NCBI RefSeq assembly: GCF_001194135.2
Contig: NC_068995.1
Location: 40,697,387 to 40,760,159, forward strand
Length of the DNA stretch: 62,773 bases
Source: Octopus bimaculoides
Lineage: Eukaryota
Reading direction: 5' to 3'
In this document: positions 25,768-39,100 of the stretch, in pieces
Layout: the number at the start of each line of letters is the position of its first letter
Numbering within the stretch: the first letter of the stretch is position 1
Notes under the pieces: model-generated
What the model was told of the DNA's origin: nothing
The model's database searches: none
The model's input: the letters and a program-made list of their open reading frames with translations, nothing else
Position numbers and translations under genes: made by a program

Positions 25768-26456
25768 CAGTGTTTCTCAACTTTTTTACCCTTGCGTAAC
25801 CCTTAAAATAAATTACATGTCTCAAGGAACCCCTGTACAAAAAAAAAATGACATACAGTATCTTTCATATTTTTTTCATCCTAGTTCACGTGATAAATAT
25901 CATATAATATAATATTGTAATATTACAATAACCAATATGTTGTGCATGTATTGTAATATTACGATCATGAAATTAGCTTGTAGTGGCGCGAAATTATGGC
26001 CGCCGGTGAGGAAGTACAATCTACGCATGCGCAAGGGATTTGCCTTCCCAGAAGCCCCTCGAGTGCGCATGCGTAGTAAAACCACTACTTAAAGCGTTAC
26101 TTTAGTTTTCTAAGCTTCTTCAGCATGATCCCTTCGACGTTACTTGCTCCTCTGGCATGCATCAACGAAGCTCTTAACCTTCCAATGCCGATCACAAGTT
26201 AACTAGCGGCTGCTAAGCTGAATGACACAGGGTTTGTAAAACCAAGCATCACCAAAGATAAAACTTATTTTTATTATGTTGTTAATTGTTCTACTGTTTC
26301 TTCATATATAATTTTGTTGAAAAGTGATAGAGAGAGACTAATGTCTCTATTGCAACTATCGACCTTTTACAAGCTTATCTCACTCTTTCTCGCGGAACCC
26401 CTAGGAACCTTTTGCGGAATCCTAGGGTTCGGGGGAACCCCGGTTGAGAAACGCTG
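25768..26456. mobile_element. Non-autonomous hAT (Charlie-type) DNA transposon, 689 bp
   Basis: TIRs CAGTGTTTCTCAAC / GTTGAGAAACGCTG (13/14 match); perfect 8-bp TSD CTCTAGAT at 25760-25767 and 26457-26464, fitting the Charlie NTCTAGAN target; subterminal GGAACCC motifs; no transposase ORF. Confidence 0.93.
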
Positions 26457-29299
26457 CTCTAGATAGCACAGAAGGAAGTGATGCTTCAGTTAGCTCCGAA
26501 TGGAAAAATGTACGCCGATTTTTCTCCATTTATACATTCGTTTGACAATAACATTGCAGGAATCTCAAATGATTTTATTGCTCTTTTGTCTTTATTTTTA
26601 TAATCTAAGACAGTTAAAATAGTATTTTCATATTTTTAAAAAACTTATTTATAGTGGAAACAAGTATAACAATTACCCTTAAGAAACAAACGTGTTTGTT
26701 GCTTTTTTTACCCATCTAGCACGCGCAGTCATGCAACCTTTTCCAGCCGTTCAAGGGTTAATTTCACGCGAGAGATTTTTGGGTGTACAACTACAGTTCG
26801 GTGATTTCCCCTCTTGTACCTTAGCCAAATTTAATTTCCTTATTAGTTTCTGAAAAATGTCTAAATTTCTCTAAAGAAATTTTGAGGAATGACAAGTGTA
26901 ATCCCAATAATTCTTTTAATCATTTTTAGGGCGAAATGAAAAACAAGTTAGTGGGACAAGTACTAGAAGTTGAAACTGTGATTCAATTAGTTTTTCACCC
27001 AATAACAACTGTAATTGCAACAAGACGGAAGCGTGAGTACAGGTATATAATTAGGCGCGCGCACATGCATCACCACCACAAACGTAATACGTAGATTCAC
27101 ACGAGTGCACTCATGTGGGATAAAACTCGTACTTATGCAATCGGCCGATCACAAACAATCACAGACGCACGTTGACATACGTGTCAACCCAAAGAAGGGA
27201 ATATTTGGTGTCAGTCAGGAAACGTCTTACAAGATCGATTCAAACTGCTGCGAGAGAAAGAACTGCCAAATCCCTCCCAAATTTCACCTCATAAAGTTTG
27301 CCCAATTGGAGATGTCTAACAACAACAATGCACGCGTGTACACACAGGCTCGCACACGTACGCATGCACACTCACATGCACACACTCGTACACACACGCG
27401 CGCGCCCACACTCACACATACATACTGAAGAATACACGACACAAGAGTCCATTTTGCTCCGAAACCCATACACGAATTTACAAACGCACAATCACAAATA
27501 AACTAACACACAATATTACATATAATTTATACATGTACCCTGCTTCCACACATACCCGTATACTCACACACACATATACACTTTGAAGAATATGGAATTT
27601 ATTCTCTGCAGAGTTGATTACTCTGAATACAAACGCATAATCACAAACCTAGGCAGAAACACATACACACACGAACATGATCATACACAGTCACAAACAC
27701 ATACATACGAACAGAGAGAGGGTGTGTGTGTGATCTGTTAGCAGCGAATCGATTGAGCCAAAGTAAATCTATTGACAATGAAGACCCCCGAATAGTTATC
27801 TACGACGAGTTATTCAGATGAAAAGACCCCTTTTTCTTCCCCACCTTCTCCTGATCGAATCGTTAGAATTCTCATCTCCTTTTACGGCGCCCTTCCATTA
27901 TCTCGGCGTTCGATAGTGGCGACGGTGGTGGTGGTTTTTTATGGAAACAATGGCGGTGGTGGTGACGGTAGTAAAGGAGCACTTTCTATATATATTTTTT
28001 ACCATCTTCAGACATTAAAACTATACTCAACCTCCTTGACTTCTTATAAATGTTGTTTAACTTGAAATTACCACAGTTTATCTTCGCCATTTTTCACGGA
28101 ACTAATATGTTTTCTTCTGATAAATACGAAAAAGTTATCTTTACAACCCTCGCCAAACACCACCGCCGCCATCACGATGACGATAACTTTAAATCGAACG
28201 CGTATGACAAGAGAATTACCAATTTAATGGTCGCACCAGCAGCACTGCACTCCCCATACGGTATTAAAGCAAATCCAAACACAAGAGTTAATCATTGTAT
28301 CCTTTGAAGATTACACAACCATTATTCCTGTAGAGTCTATAACTGACACATCCACCCCTCCCAGAACTAATGGCCTCTTCCAATGTTGGTTCCATAAATG
28401 TGTTGGTGAAACAAGCATAGCTTCTCAATCGCATCCTCCTCTATTTCCTATTAAACTATTTTACACAAGATAACGTTATGAACCAGCAATAGAAATATAT
28501 GTACGTGTCTGCTGGTATTTGGAGAAAGATATGGATGCATGCATGGCTTGCTGCACTGAAGCATATGCATGCTACTGTGCATGCACAGTGCTAGTGTGTG
28601 TGTGTAGGTGTGAGAAGATTCATGAGTACTCGGTAGAGAAGAATATGTATATTGCAGCGAGTACTGGTACATGTATGCACACGTATGTATATGCAAGTGT
28701 GCACATAGTGTAGATGTTAAAGTGTTTCTGTGCATATGTACACGCGTTACACATACATACAGACATAGATACATACATACATATAAGTATATTGTCACAT
28801 CATTGTTATTTTATTTTATTCAACGTCATCGCTCTGGTGGTCGGTTAGAATCCTTCTGATTACTATGGTTACCATAACTTGGTTGTCCATTCACCTCATT
28901 GGTCAAATCATGGATTTAAATGACCAAGTCAAGTTTATGAAGTTGTACAGCAGATATTAGGGAAGACGTTGATGATAATGATGGTGGTGGTGGTATTGGT
29001 GGTAGTGGTGGTGGTGGTGGTTGCGGTGGTAGCGATGATGTCAACTGCTAGATTTGGAAAAGAAATTAAAAGTGGTAGATCATAGCCACTGTAGGTGTTT
29101 AAGGCCATGATCAACCATCATTGATCAAAAGCCTTCCAACCGTGGCCATATATTTTAACCAAACAGAAAAGTAGATATCATCAGTAGTAATTTCTAACTG
29201 TTAAAAACTGTCGGTCATGATCAAGCAGACCTGTGTTCCACTCATGCCCATCCCGCCTTTATCTCAAGGTGCGGTGTACCAAACACCAGAACATCCAAT

Positions 29300-29630
29300 G
29301 TGTTCTTTTGAAGTTCAAACCGGGTCTCTTGCTATGCTAGGGAGTTGGAATCAAGGTATGATGTATGTAGAGATTTGGCTACAGATCGAACCACCGTGTT
29401 GAGACTCTCTTTGGAAGAACCATAATGGCAGAGATATCACTGAGGAAACAACCAGAATATTTATCCTCGAAGACAGATCAATTAGATATTTTCTAGAATT
29501 CTATGAAGTCTGTCTTCTTTATTCTTTCATTCTGTAGCTGTGAATTTTGGCAACTTTAGAAGAAGACAAGAGAAAAGAATGTCTTTGACACCAGGTGTGT
29601 TCGTAAGATCGTTGGCACTAACTAAGATGG
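29300..29630 (+). pseudogene. Decayed RTE-clade LINE RT fragment
   Basis: Peptides LGS...EIWLQI and CSCEFWQL*KKTREKNVFDTRCVRKIVG match RTE YLGS...EIxxRI and YGCETW...LxVFDxRCLRKILG. Confidence 0.65.
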
Positions 29631-30499
29631 ACTGCCGGTGTGAAAATATCGAAGTGAGAGAGAGAGAGTGTGTTCCAAGTTAGAATTACCAAAGTAGCTC
29701 TCTTCGTGTCTACGGTCTGCTAGACAGAATGATGTTTACATGGTTGTCTGGTGCGATGATGGCAGCAAAAATTGGCTGCAATGGCAGAAAGCTTCCTTTC
29801 TTTTTCACTCCCTCTCTCTCACTCTCTCACACACACACACACACACACTACTATTATCGCTTGTATATAGACACTCGCAGACATTCATATACGCATACGT
29901 ACTTGCGTCCTACCGGTAAATACACGCACGTATAAAACAACAGAAACACACTCATGATAACATACACACTACAAGCATACACGCTAAATGTCTTCACACA
30001 CAGACGTGTGTTCATAGATACACTCACAGATATCTCCACCATTCATCATCGCCGTGTGAGGCTTTATTTATTAAACCAAGACCGTACAGTTGTGCGGAGT
30101 TGTTAAACTGTTCCTCTGTAGGGTGGCAGCAGCAAAAAGCAGCCAAGAGAGAAGAATTCCGATGTCTTTGACACTAAGTGTCATTTACACGATTTCGGAG
30201 ATGAAATGGAATGGAATTTATATGCGAGTATGAGAGTGGCGGGAAGAGGAGAGGACGTTTGAGGCAGTTCTTTCTTCATTTCAGCTATAACAGTCAAACA
30301 GGGCAGCCTCTACATGGTTGCAAGACTTGCTAGAAACAGTAGCCAATTTTCCCTCAGACCGCAAATTTTTAGCATCTTTAAACACAAAGGAGAGATTCTT
30401 TTATATTCTTAAGGTGGGAATGGTCACGAGTGGCTGGGATGTTTGAATCATAGGTCTCTGTTGGGTCAGTGTTTTCCTGGGGTTAAACAACGTCTTTAA

Positions 30500-31000
30500 G
30501 GTTTGGCGGGAGGAGGGAAGGAGGCAGTGCCCTCTCTCCCTCTCTCTCTACTTCCCAGTATAGGGACATTGATGTGATGACATTTCAAACTTATACAACT
30601 CTGAGTGGGAGATGCAAGAAGAGGAATCTCTGGGGAAAAGAGGTTGGGTAAAATAGCCATTGTTGGGTTAGGAAGAGAAACGATAGAGGTGAGACAAAAC
30701 TGATGGAAGATGTAGGTGACATAGGAGTGATAAGGTGAGAGGGAGAGTAGGAGTGATGAGAAGGGAGAGTGTAACAGAAGAGGAGGAGGTAATTGTGAGA
30801 GCGGAGGAGGGCAGGTAATGGTGTGATATTTAACTAGTTTAGCGGTGCATTGACTGTTATAGTTGAGGTGAAAAGAGAGACAAAGAGAAGATAGAGCATG
30901 TCTCAGATCCAGTGTGTCAGTGATTGACTCTGAAATGAAGAAGAGGGAAAGTTTATCAAGGTTATGAAGGTGGGCCAGAATGTTTATGATTTGAGGGCTT
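30500..31000 (-). pseudogene. Possible highly decayed Penelope-like retroelement segment
   Basis: Pyrimidine-biased 172-aa ORF with only vague similarity (PYHSYVTYIFHQF...NLFSPEIPLL) to the Penelope RT/GIY-YIG linker. Confidence 0.25.
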
Positions 31001-32078
31001 TGCTGGACCTTCAAGGCTGCACTTTTGGGGATTTGAAGTAGATCTCGGTGTTATTTCAAGCAAGTTAAGCAATTACATAAGGAAGGATTTCCTCTTTGGG
31101 TGATAGAAGTAAAATGAAGTGAAAACCTGAAATGGCTTGTCTGAGAATTGAAACCTGCATTGCAGAATCGTCGTACGTTTTTGAAGTTTTAACTCCTAAC
31201 TGATGATTATAGAGTCATTGATTTGTTCAATAGAGCATTCTTTGTTTGCTGTTGGTGGCAGCAAAAGTGATAAGGGAGTGGCAATTAACCAGGACAGAGC
31301 AAATATATCAGGGTTCATCCCTCATAACCATTTTTAATTTTTTTTTTTTTTTTTTACTTTCTCCTTACCTCCGTTGTATACAACAGGTTTGTTTCTGTTT
31401 CCAAACTATTACTTACAAGATATCAGTTGAGAGACATGCTCAAGGTGCTGCTGTAAAATTGAATCAAACCTGGAATGACGTAGTTGAAACGAACTTCATA
31501 ACCTTGCAGCCAATCTGAGAGATTATCACTAGATTACAATGCTGAGACACAATCAGAAACACCCTTACCCCACCCACCTCCCAACTCATTCATTCTTTTC
31601 TTTGTTCGGTCATGTGACCTTCAACTCTTTCTTACTGCTCGGCTATTGTTTGTACAAAAGGCCTTTGTGTGTGTGCAAAGTTGTAAACTGTTGTTGTATG
31701 TTGAATGCAGTTGTGTACTACTATATATTATGTATTTTGCTATTGTGTACGTGTGTGTATTGAAGGATTTTTTTTTACTTATTTCAGTCACTAAACTGCT
31801 GCCATGCTGGAGCACTGCCTTGAAAAATCGTAATTGAATGAATTGACCCCAGTATTAATTTTTTTTTTTTTAAGCCTATTTATTCTTGTTAAGGTCATCT
31901 TTACAGAATTTTCTATCAGAATTATAGCCAGATTGACTTTGTTACATTTCTTATCGGAGACACCAAATATAAACAACACTAGGGATCAAAAATGAAAAAT
32001 GTTTACCCCATAAATTATATATGTTTACCCCATAAAAAATCTATGGATGATTCAGTGTATCACTAATGTACATGCAAA

Positions 32079-32925
32079 TAATGGGCTTTTTTTCAGTTTC
32101 TATCTACCAAACCCACTCACAAAGCTTTGGTCAGCCTAAGGCTATATTAGAAGTCACTAACCCAAGGTGCCACACAGAGGGACTGAACCCAGAACCATGT
32201 GGTTGGTAAGCAAGCTTCTTACCACACAGCCACTCCTACACCTATATTCTTTTTTCTTTCTTTCAGTCATTTTGACAGCGGCCATGCTGGAGTATCACCT
32301 TTAGTTGAAAAATTGCCCCCAGGACTTATTCTTTGTAAGCCTAGGACTTATTCTATCGGTTTCATTTTGCCGAACCGCTAGGTTACGGGAATGTAAGCAC
32401 ACCAACATTGGTTGTCAAGTGATGGTGTGGGGACAAACACAGACACACAAACATACTTACACGCACACACATACACATATATGTGGCCGTTACCAGTACC
32501 GCCTGACTGGCCCCCATGCCGGTGGCACGTAACAGCACCCACTACACTCTCGGAGTGGTTGGCGCAAGGAAGGGCATCCAGCTGTAGAAACTCTACCAGA
32601 TCAGACTGGAGCCTGGTGCAGCCATCTGGTTCACCAGTCCTCAGTCAAATCGTCCAACCCATGCTAGCATGGAAAGCGAATGTTAAACGATGATGATGAT
32701 GATATACATATAGTTGATTGAAATTTTGTGTTTCAGAGCAAAAGATAAATATCAAACCAGCATCACTAGCATCAGTTTCTGTCTACCAAATTCGCTTACA
32801 AGCAATGCCTTGGCCGGCCCAAGGCTATAGTAGAAGACACTTGCCCGAGGTGCCATGCAGTGGGACTGAACCCAGAACCATGTGGTTGGGAAGCAAGCTT
32901 CTTACCACACAGCCACTCTTGCGCA
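32079..32925 (-). mobile_element. SINE A cluster: 5' half (32079-32243) plus an A copy (32260-32925) with nested D (32485-32703, +) and an extra 58-bp insert
   Basis: Consensus segments read in order. Confidence 0.85.
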
Positions 32926-33647
32926 TTATATATATATATATATATATTATTTTAATGTCTTCTTTTAGTATCAGAAACTGACAGAGCTACTCTGTTATCT
33001 GTGATGGCCCCTACACTAGAGGATTGGTAACTTTGGTGGGGTGGGGGTTAAGTCTAGATAGTGGAGGAAAGTGAGTTGGGGTAGATAAATAGGGAGACTG
33101 TGGTGGGAAATGATGGTGGAGTGTGTAATTGAAGTCTAGAAATAATGATGACAACGATGATGATGATGATGTGGGAGATGAGTTTTGATGACAACAGCAA
33201 CATCAACAACAATGGCCACACACCAAGAATATTAATTGCCACCAGAAAATAAATTAAGTATATAAATAAATAAATAAATAGATAAATAAATTGCAGAATG
33301 AACATCCACCCCCGCCACCCCCACCTCTACAAACAAAAAAAAAATCAACAGCAAACTATAAAAAAAAATAAACAAACAAACAAGTGCTGAAAGAATTTTC
33401 TCGGAGAGAATCAAGCAAGGCATTGAATTTCAATTTTCTTTGACTGAATCGATTGAAATTTTGTGTTTTAGAGCAAAAAATAAATATTAAAACAGCATCA
33501 CTATCATCGTTATCATCATCATCATCACCATCCTGACACAACTACCAACAACACCACCACCATCACCACTGTCTTTACCAATACCATTGCCAAAACCTTC
33601 TGGCAAGTCCCCATACCATCACCACCACCACCACCATTACAACATAA

Positions 33648-34030
33648 TGTTGGCACTCCATCGCTTACGACGTCGAGGGTTCCAGTTGATCCGATCAACG
33701 GAACAGCCTGCTCGTGAAATTAACGTGCAAGTGGCTGAGCACTCCACAGACACGTGTACCCTTAACGTAGTTCTCGGGGATATTCAGCACGACACAGTGT
33801 GACAAGGCTGACCCCTTTGAATTACAGGCACAACAGAAACAGGAAGTAAGAGTGAGAGAAAGTTGTGGTGAAAGAGTACAGCAGGGTTCATCACCATCTC
33901 CTGCCGGAGCCTCGTGGAGCTTTTAGGTGTTTTCACTCAATGAACACTCACAACGCCTGGTCTGGGAATCGAAACCACGATCCTATGACTGTGAGTCTGC
34001 TGTCCTAACCACTGGGCCATTGCACCTCCA
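33648..34030 (-). mobile_element. SINE family B, full length
   Basis: Reverse complement of 2444-2826. Confidence 0.92.
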
Positions 34031-35315
34031 CACTTTACAACATATAAGAATGAGTAAAAAACAGATGGCTTTGGGTCGTCAACTGCCTGAAAGAATGACA
34101 GTCAAGTGGGCAGTAACATGTTGCTGCAGTGGATCAAGTAATGAGCAATGAGAACAATGACCATGTATATGCTTCCCCATGACAAACCTGTGGTTAAACA
34201 ACTTATGTTTCGCTCAGTTTCTCGAATATTTTGCGAAAGAGAAATAATGAAAGAGAAGAAAAGAAAGAGAGTGATGAAGACAGAAAGGATAAAAGAAAAA
34301 AAAAACAAAGATAAAATGGTAATGAAAAAAAGAGGAGAGAAAGAGAGAAAGAAAGAAGTAATTAGAGAGAAAAGCAAAAAGAAGATAAAGAACATGGTGC
34401 CAATAGCCATTATGAATCCTAAACTCTCAGATTTCAACAAGAAACTAACTAAAAATACATTTTTTAATATTTTTTTCTCTTTCTTTTTCTTCTTCTTCTC
34501 AGAGATTCTGTTCTCAGAGATTTCTAAAGCTTGAGATAACAACATAATTCTTTATATACTTTGTGCACCGTGGTACCTCGCTGACGTTGGCAAAGAAATG
34601 GAACTGACTATGTGCGTGTGTGTGTGAACTTAAATATCTATTGTCGCCATCATCATCATCATCATCATCATGAGCTTAATTATCATTACAGTCATCTTCA
34701 TAATCGTCATAGTCATAATTGCCATCATCATCATCATCACCACCACCACCAGCATCATCACCAACATCGGATATCTGTCTCCTCTCTGCACCCAGTCTTA
34801 GATCTCTAATTAGGGCAAGTTCATGTTATTACAGAATCAGGGAAAAGATTTAACAATAAAGACTTTAATACCACCACCACCACTATCACTATCAACAATA
34901 ACAACAACAAGTCTGCTATGATTCCTAATTTGTACCAACCTTATCTCTCACTCCCACACAAACATATTTTAGCTTTCATGCAATGTCTTTGGAGCACTGA
35001 ATGATGCTGTTCCCTCACTCGAACCATAACGTCTATAATAATAATAATGAGACTGTCACACTGGTCTATGTTTATATCTAAGACTCAGTCACCCTGGGCT
35101 ATTTTAATATGTAAGACAGCCACTTTAGTCTATAACAGACATCTTTCTCTCATTCTCTCAATAATGGAACTGTCCTAACACACAAAATGTCTGTCCCTTG
35201 TCGTCACACATAATCATGTATACATACATGTGTGTTTGTGTATGTGTATATACATACATACAAATACATATATATATATACACAAATACACATATGTACA
35301 TATATATGTATGTAC

Positions 35316-35355
<40 letters not shown>

Positions 35356-35394
35356 ACACAGACACACACGCACACACAAACACACAAACACACA

Positions 35395-35430
<36 letters not shown>

Positions 35431-36204
35431 TATATATTTATATATATATTATGTTTGAATGAATGAATAAAAAAATATGTTTATTTTGAAAGAAGCAGCG
35501 TAATGCAGAATGGAAAAGAATTTCGGTAATTTAAGAATGACACCAGAATCAATCATTTCTGGAGAACTAATATATTCAGTTGATGTTAAACAAAGAAAAA
35601 AAAACTCCAGGCTAACACTTAACACTTGTTCTATTAAAACTGTTTTCCTGGTTGATAAATGACAGTAGCTGTGACAAGGAATACCAGCCTTCATAAATAG
35701 TACATATGATACGAGGCTTTAATTCTGACATTAAGAAAATAATGCGCAGAAAATAAATTTCAAGGAATGAATGTTGGAGTTATAGATATAAATACAGTAT
35801 TCCACAGACTTAATGACCATGTATATTGCCCTTCACATATATATGCATATATACACTATATATATATATATATATNNNNNNNNNNNNNNNNNNNNNNNNN
35901 NNNNNNNNNNNNNNNNNNNNNNNNNNNNNNNNNNNNNNNNNNNNNNNNNNNNNNNNNNNNNNNNNNNNNNNNNNNNNNNNNNNNNNNNNNNNNNNNNNNN
36001 NNNNNNNNNNNNNNNNNNNNNNNNNNNNNNNNNNNNNNNNNNNNNNNNNNNNNNNNNNNNNNNNNNNNNNNNNNNNNNNNNNNNNNNNNNNNNNNNNNNN
36101 NNNNNNNNNNNNNNNNNNNNNNNNNNNNNNNNNNNNNNNNNNNNNNNNNNNNNNNNNNNNNNNNNNNNNNNNNNNNNNNNNNNNNNNNNNNNNNNNNNNN
36201 NNNN

Positions 36205-36335
36205 CAAAAGACGAAGACTGGTGTGTAAACAACAAACACGTGTATTAGTTTAACGCTCGAGAAGGTGAGAAAGTCTTTTACATTTCGAGCCTACACTCTT
36301 CAACAGAAAGGAACACAAGAAGATAAACAGAGAGA
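36205..36335 (-). mobile_element. Penelope-like element terminal (pLTR) fragment
   Basis: Reverse complement of 53790-53916; carries TGAAGAG...CTCGAAA.GT, typical of Penelope termini. Confidence 0.65.
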
Positions 36336-37882
36336 GAATATATAAAAAAAAAAAAAAACTTTAGTAGCTATAAAAATCAAACTGAAGACAAAGATTTTAA
36401 CGTAATGAAACTAAGTTATGAAAATTTATCGATTTACGGCATCAAAATAGAAACATGACTGTGTATAAAGCATGGAATTTACACAGGTTTTGCTTGTTTA
36501 GCTTAAAATTTTAGCAGTGGGTGTCTAAATTTTGCTCCTGATTATCAAGTGTTGACTGTTGACTAAAGCAGAAAATTCATGTGATTAAAAGATGAAAAAT
36601 CATTTGAAATGCTAGAAATTTTAGACCCAACAAATACATTGACAGAGACAAGCCATTGTTTACAGTTGTTTAATAGTTTTCCATTTTAAGTTTTTAATTT
36701 TGTAGTAATTTGAAATGAGAAGAATAATAGATGTTAAGACTTGAAGTTTTAAGAATTATTTCCACTAAAGAGAAATTTTATTGTACATCTTTAGAATTTT
36801 TGTTTTAATATCCATTCTATAAATGAGGCAAGCCAATTGATTGAAATTTAAATAAAAAATATTACAGAAAGGAAATGAAAATGAAAAAAAAAAAAAGTAT
36901 GTATTTTAATCAAAAATCACCAAGTGCAAAGACACTGGGAAAATAAATTTAAAAAAAAGAAAGAAAAGGTAGGAGAATAAAAAAAATTCTAATATATAGG
37001 CGCACGAGTGGCTGTGTGGTAAGTAGCTTGCTTACCAACCACATGGTTCTGGGTTCAGTCCCACTGTGTGGCACCTTGGGCAAATGTCTTCTACTCATTG
37101 TCATAGGCACTCTATTGGTTATATATGTTATGTATGTACATATGTATATATGTATGTACATATGTATATATGTATGTGAAGGCATATGGCTTAGTGGTTA
37201 AGGTGTTGCACTCCATAGAGATAAACAACCAGAAGACTCCTTCATCTTTTATCGTTAATTAACAACTAACTATGAAGTGAATGTATTAAACACATATACA
37301 CATGCACTATAGTTAGACAGGTTAAAAAAGGGTAAAAAAAAAAAAAGAGAAAAAAATCTTCATTTAATGTAGAATTCAAAATTCGTCCAAGATGAATGGT
37401 CCAAGAAAGTGTTTAGTTTGATATTGGGTTCCATGTATCTAGAGTATTGGTTTAATGGAAATGGTTTTCATGGAGGAATTTAGCAATCAATAAAGTTATG
37501 CTTTGACTAAAATCCTAAAATATTCTTTGTATATGCAGAAAACATGACTGGAATTGGATATAAACAGCAACATTGGAAACTGACCATTAAATACACCCAC
37601 ACACACACACACACACACACATAAATACAGGACTACTATTAAAGGTTTATATACAGATTATATATTCTCGTTCAAAGTCGTATATACGGAATCCCAAAAC
37701 ATATTCTCATGCACACATATGTATGTATGTAGGTGTTTGTGGTTTGTGTTAGAAAGGTATTCAGCTGTAAAAGCCATGGAGGCAGTGGAGCTTGGGGCAA
37801 TCCTCTGGTCAAACCGTTCAACTTGTGCCAGCATGGTAGACAGATGTTAAATGATAATGACGACAGTGATGTGTATATATAT

Positions 37883-38292
37883 AGGCGCAGGAGTGGCTGT
37901 GGCGTAAGTAGCTTGCTTACCAACCACATGGTTCCGGGTTCAGTCTCACTGCCTGGCACCTTGGGCAAGTGTCTTCTACTATAACCTTGGACCGACCAAA
38001 GCCTTGTGAGTGGATTTGGTAGACGGAAACTGAAAGAAGCCCGTCGTATATATGTATATACATATATATATACGTATGTGCGTGTGTATGTTTGTGTGTC
38101 TGTGTTTGTCCCCCCAACATCGCTTGACAACCAATGCTGGCGTGTTTAGGTTCCTGTAACTTAGCGGTTCGGCAAAAGAGACCGATAGAATAAGTTCTAG
38201 GCTTACAAAGAATTAGTCCTGGGGTCGATTTGCTCGACTAAATGCGGTGCTCCAGCATGGCCACAGTCAAATGACTGAAACAAGTAAAAGAG
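37883..38292 (+). mobile_element. SINE family A, full length
   Basis: Consensus match; a D 3' fragment lies just upstream (37735-37865) and a truncated A head at 36999-37095. Confidence 0.92.
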
Positions 38293-38667
38293 TTTGTATA
38301 TACTTTGATTCTCTTACTTGTTTCAGTCATGTGACTGGCCATGCTGGAGCACTGATATTAATATTCATATATATATATATACATATATATATAAATCCTT
38401 CTGTATGAAACATTTTCATAAAAGCACAATTAGAATAGTAGAAACAATCAGTAAAATCTCAAGCATATATATACACACACATATATGCATACAGGGTATA
38501 TATTTTATACACAAACAATGATATATAAACATATCATTTTACATTGTTTTTCCATATTGGATGAGCTATTGCCATAAGACTCAGTGCATTTTCAAGGAAA
38601 CTGCTCTCCAAGATAAGTGGAGGGAAGACACCACCTTAATTAACTTTTGTTTCACCTGTAAGCACTG

Positions 38668-39100
38668 GCTTGGGCTGTGTGCTAAGAAGTTTGCTTCCCA
38701 ACCACATGGTTTCAGGTTCGGTCCCATTGTGTAGTACCCTGGGCAAGTGTCTTCTGCTATAGCCTCAGGCCGATCAAAGCCTTGCGAGTGGATTTGGTAG
38801 ACAGAAACTGAAAGAAGCTTGTTGTGTATATTCTTTTGTTTCAGTCATTTGACTGCGGCCATGCTGGAGCACCACCTTTAGTTGAACAAATCGATCCCAG
38901 GACTTATTCTTTGTAGGCCTAGTACTTACATACCAACATCAGTTGTCAAGCAATGGCGNNNNNNNNNNNNNNNNNNNNNNNNNNNNNNNNNNNNNNNNNN
39001 NNNNNNNNNNNNNNNNNNNNNNNNNNNNGGGGGGGGGGGGACAAACACAGACACACACACACACACATATATAAACATATATATAACGAGCTTCTTTCAG
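38668..39100. mobile_element. SINE A 5' half (+, 38668-38830) abutting an A copy in opposite orientation (-, 38832-39100, with gap)
   Basis: Consensus segments. Confidence 0.8.

Noticed and set aside
34148-34534. 128-aa Lys/Glu-rich ORF
   Set aside because: Product of a purine-rich low-complexity tract.
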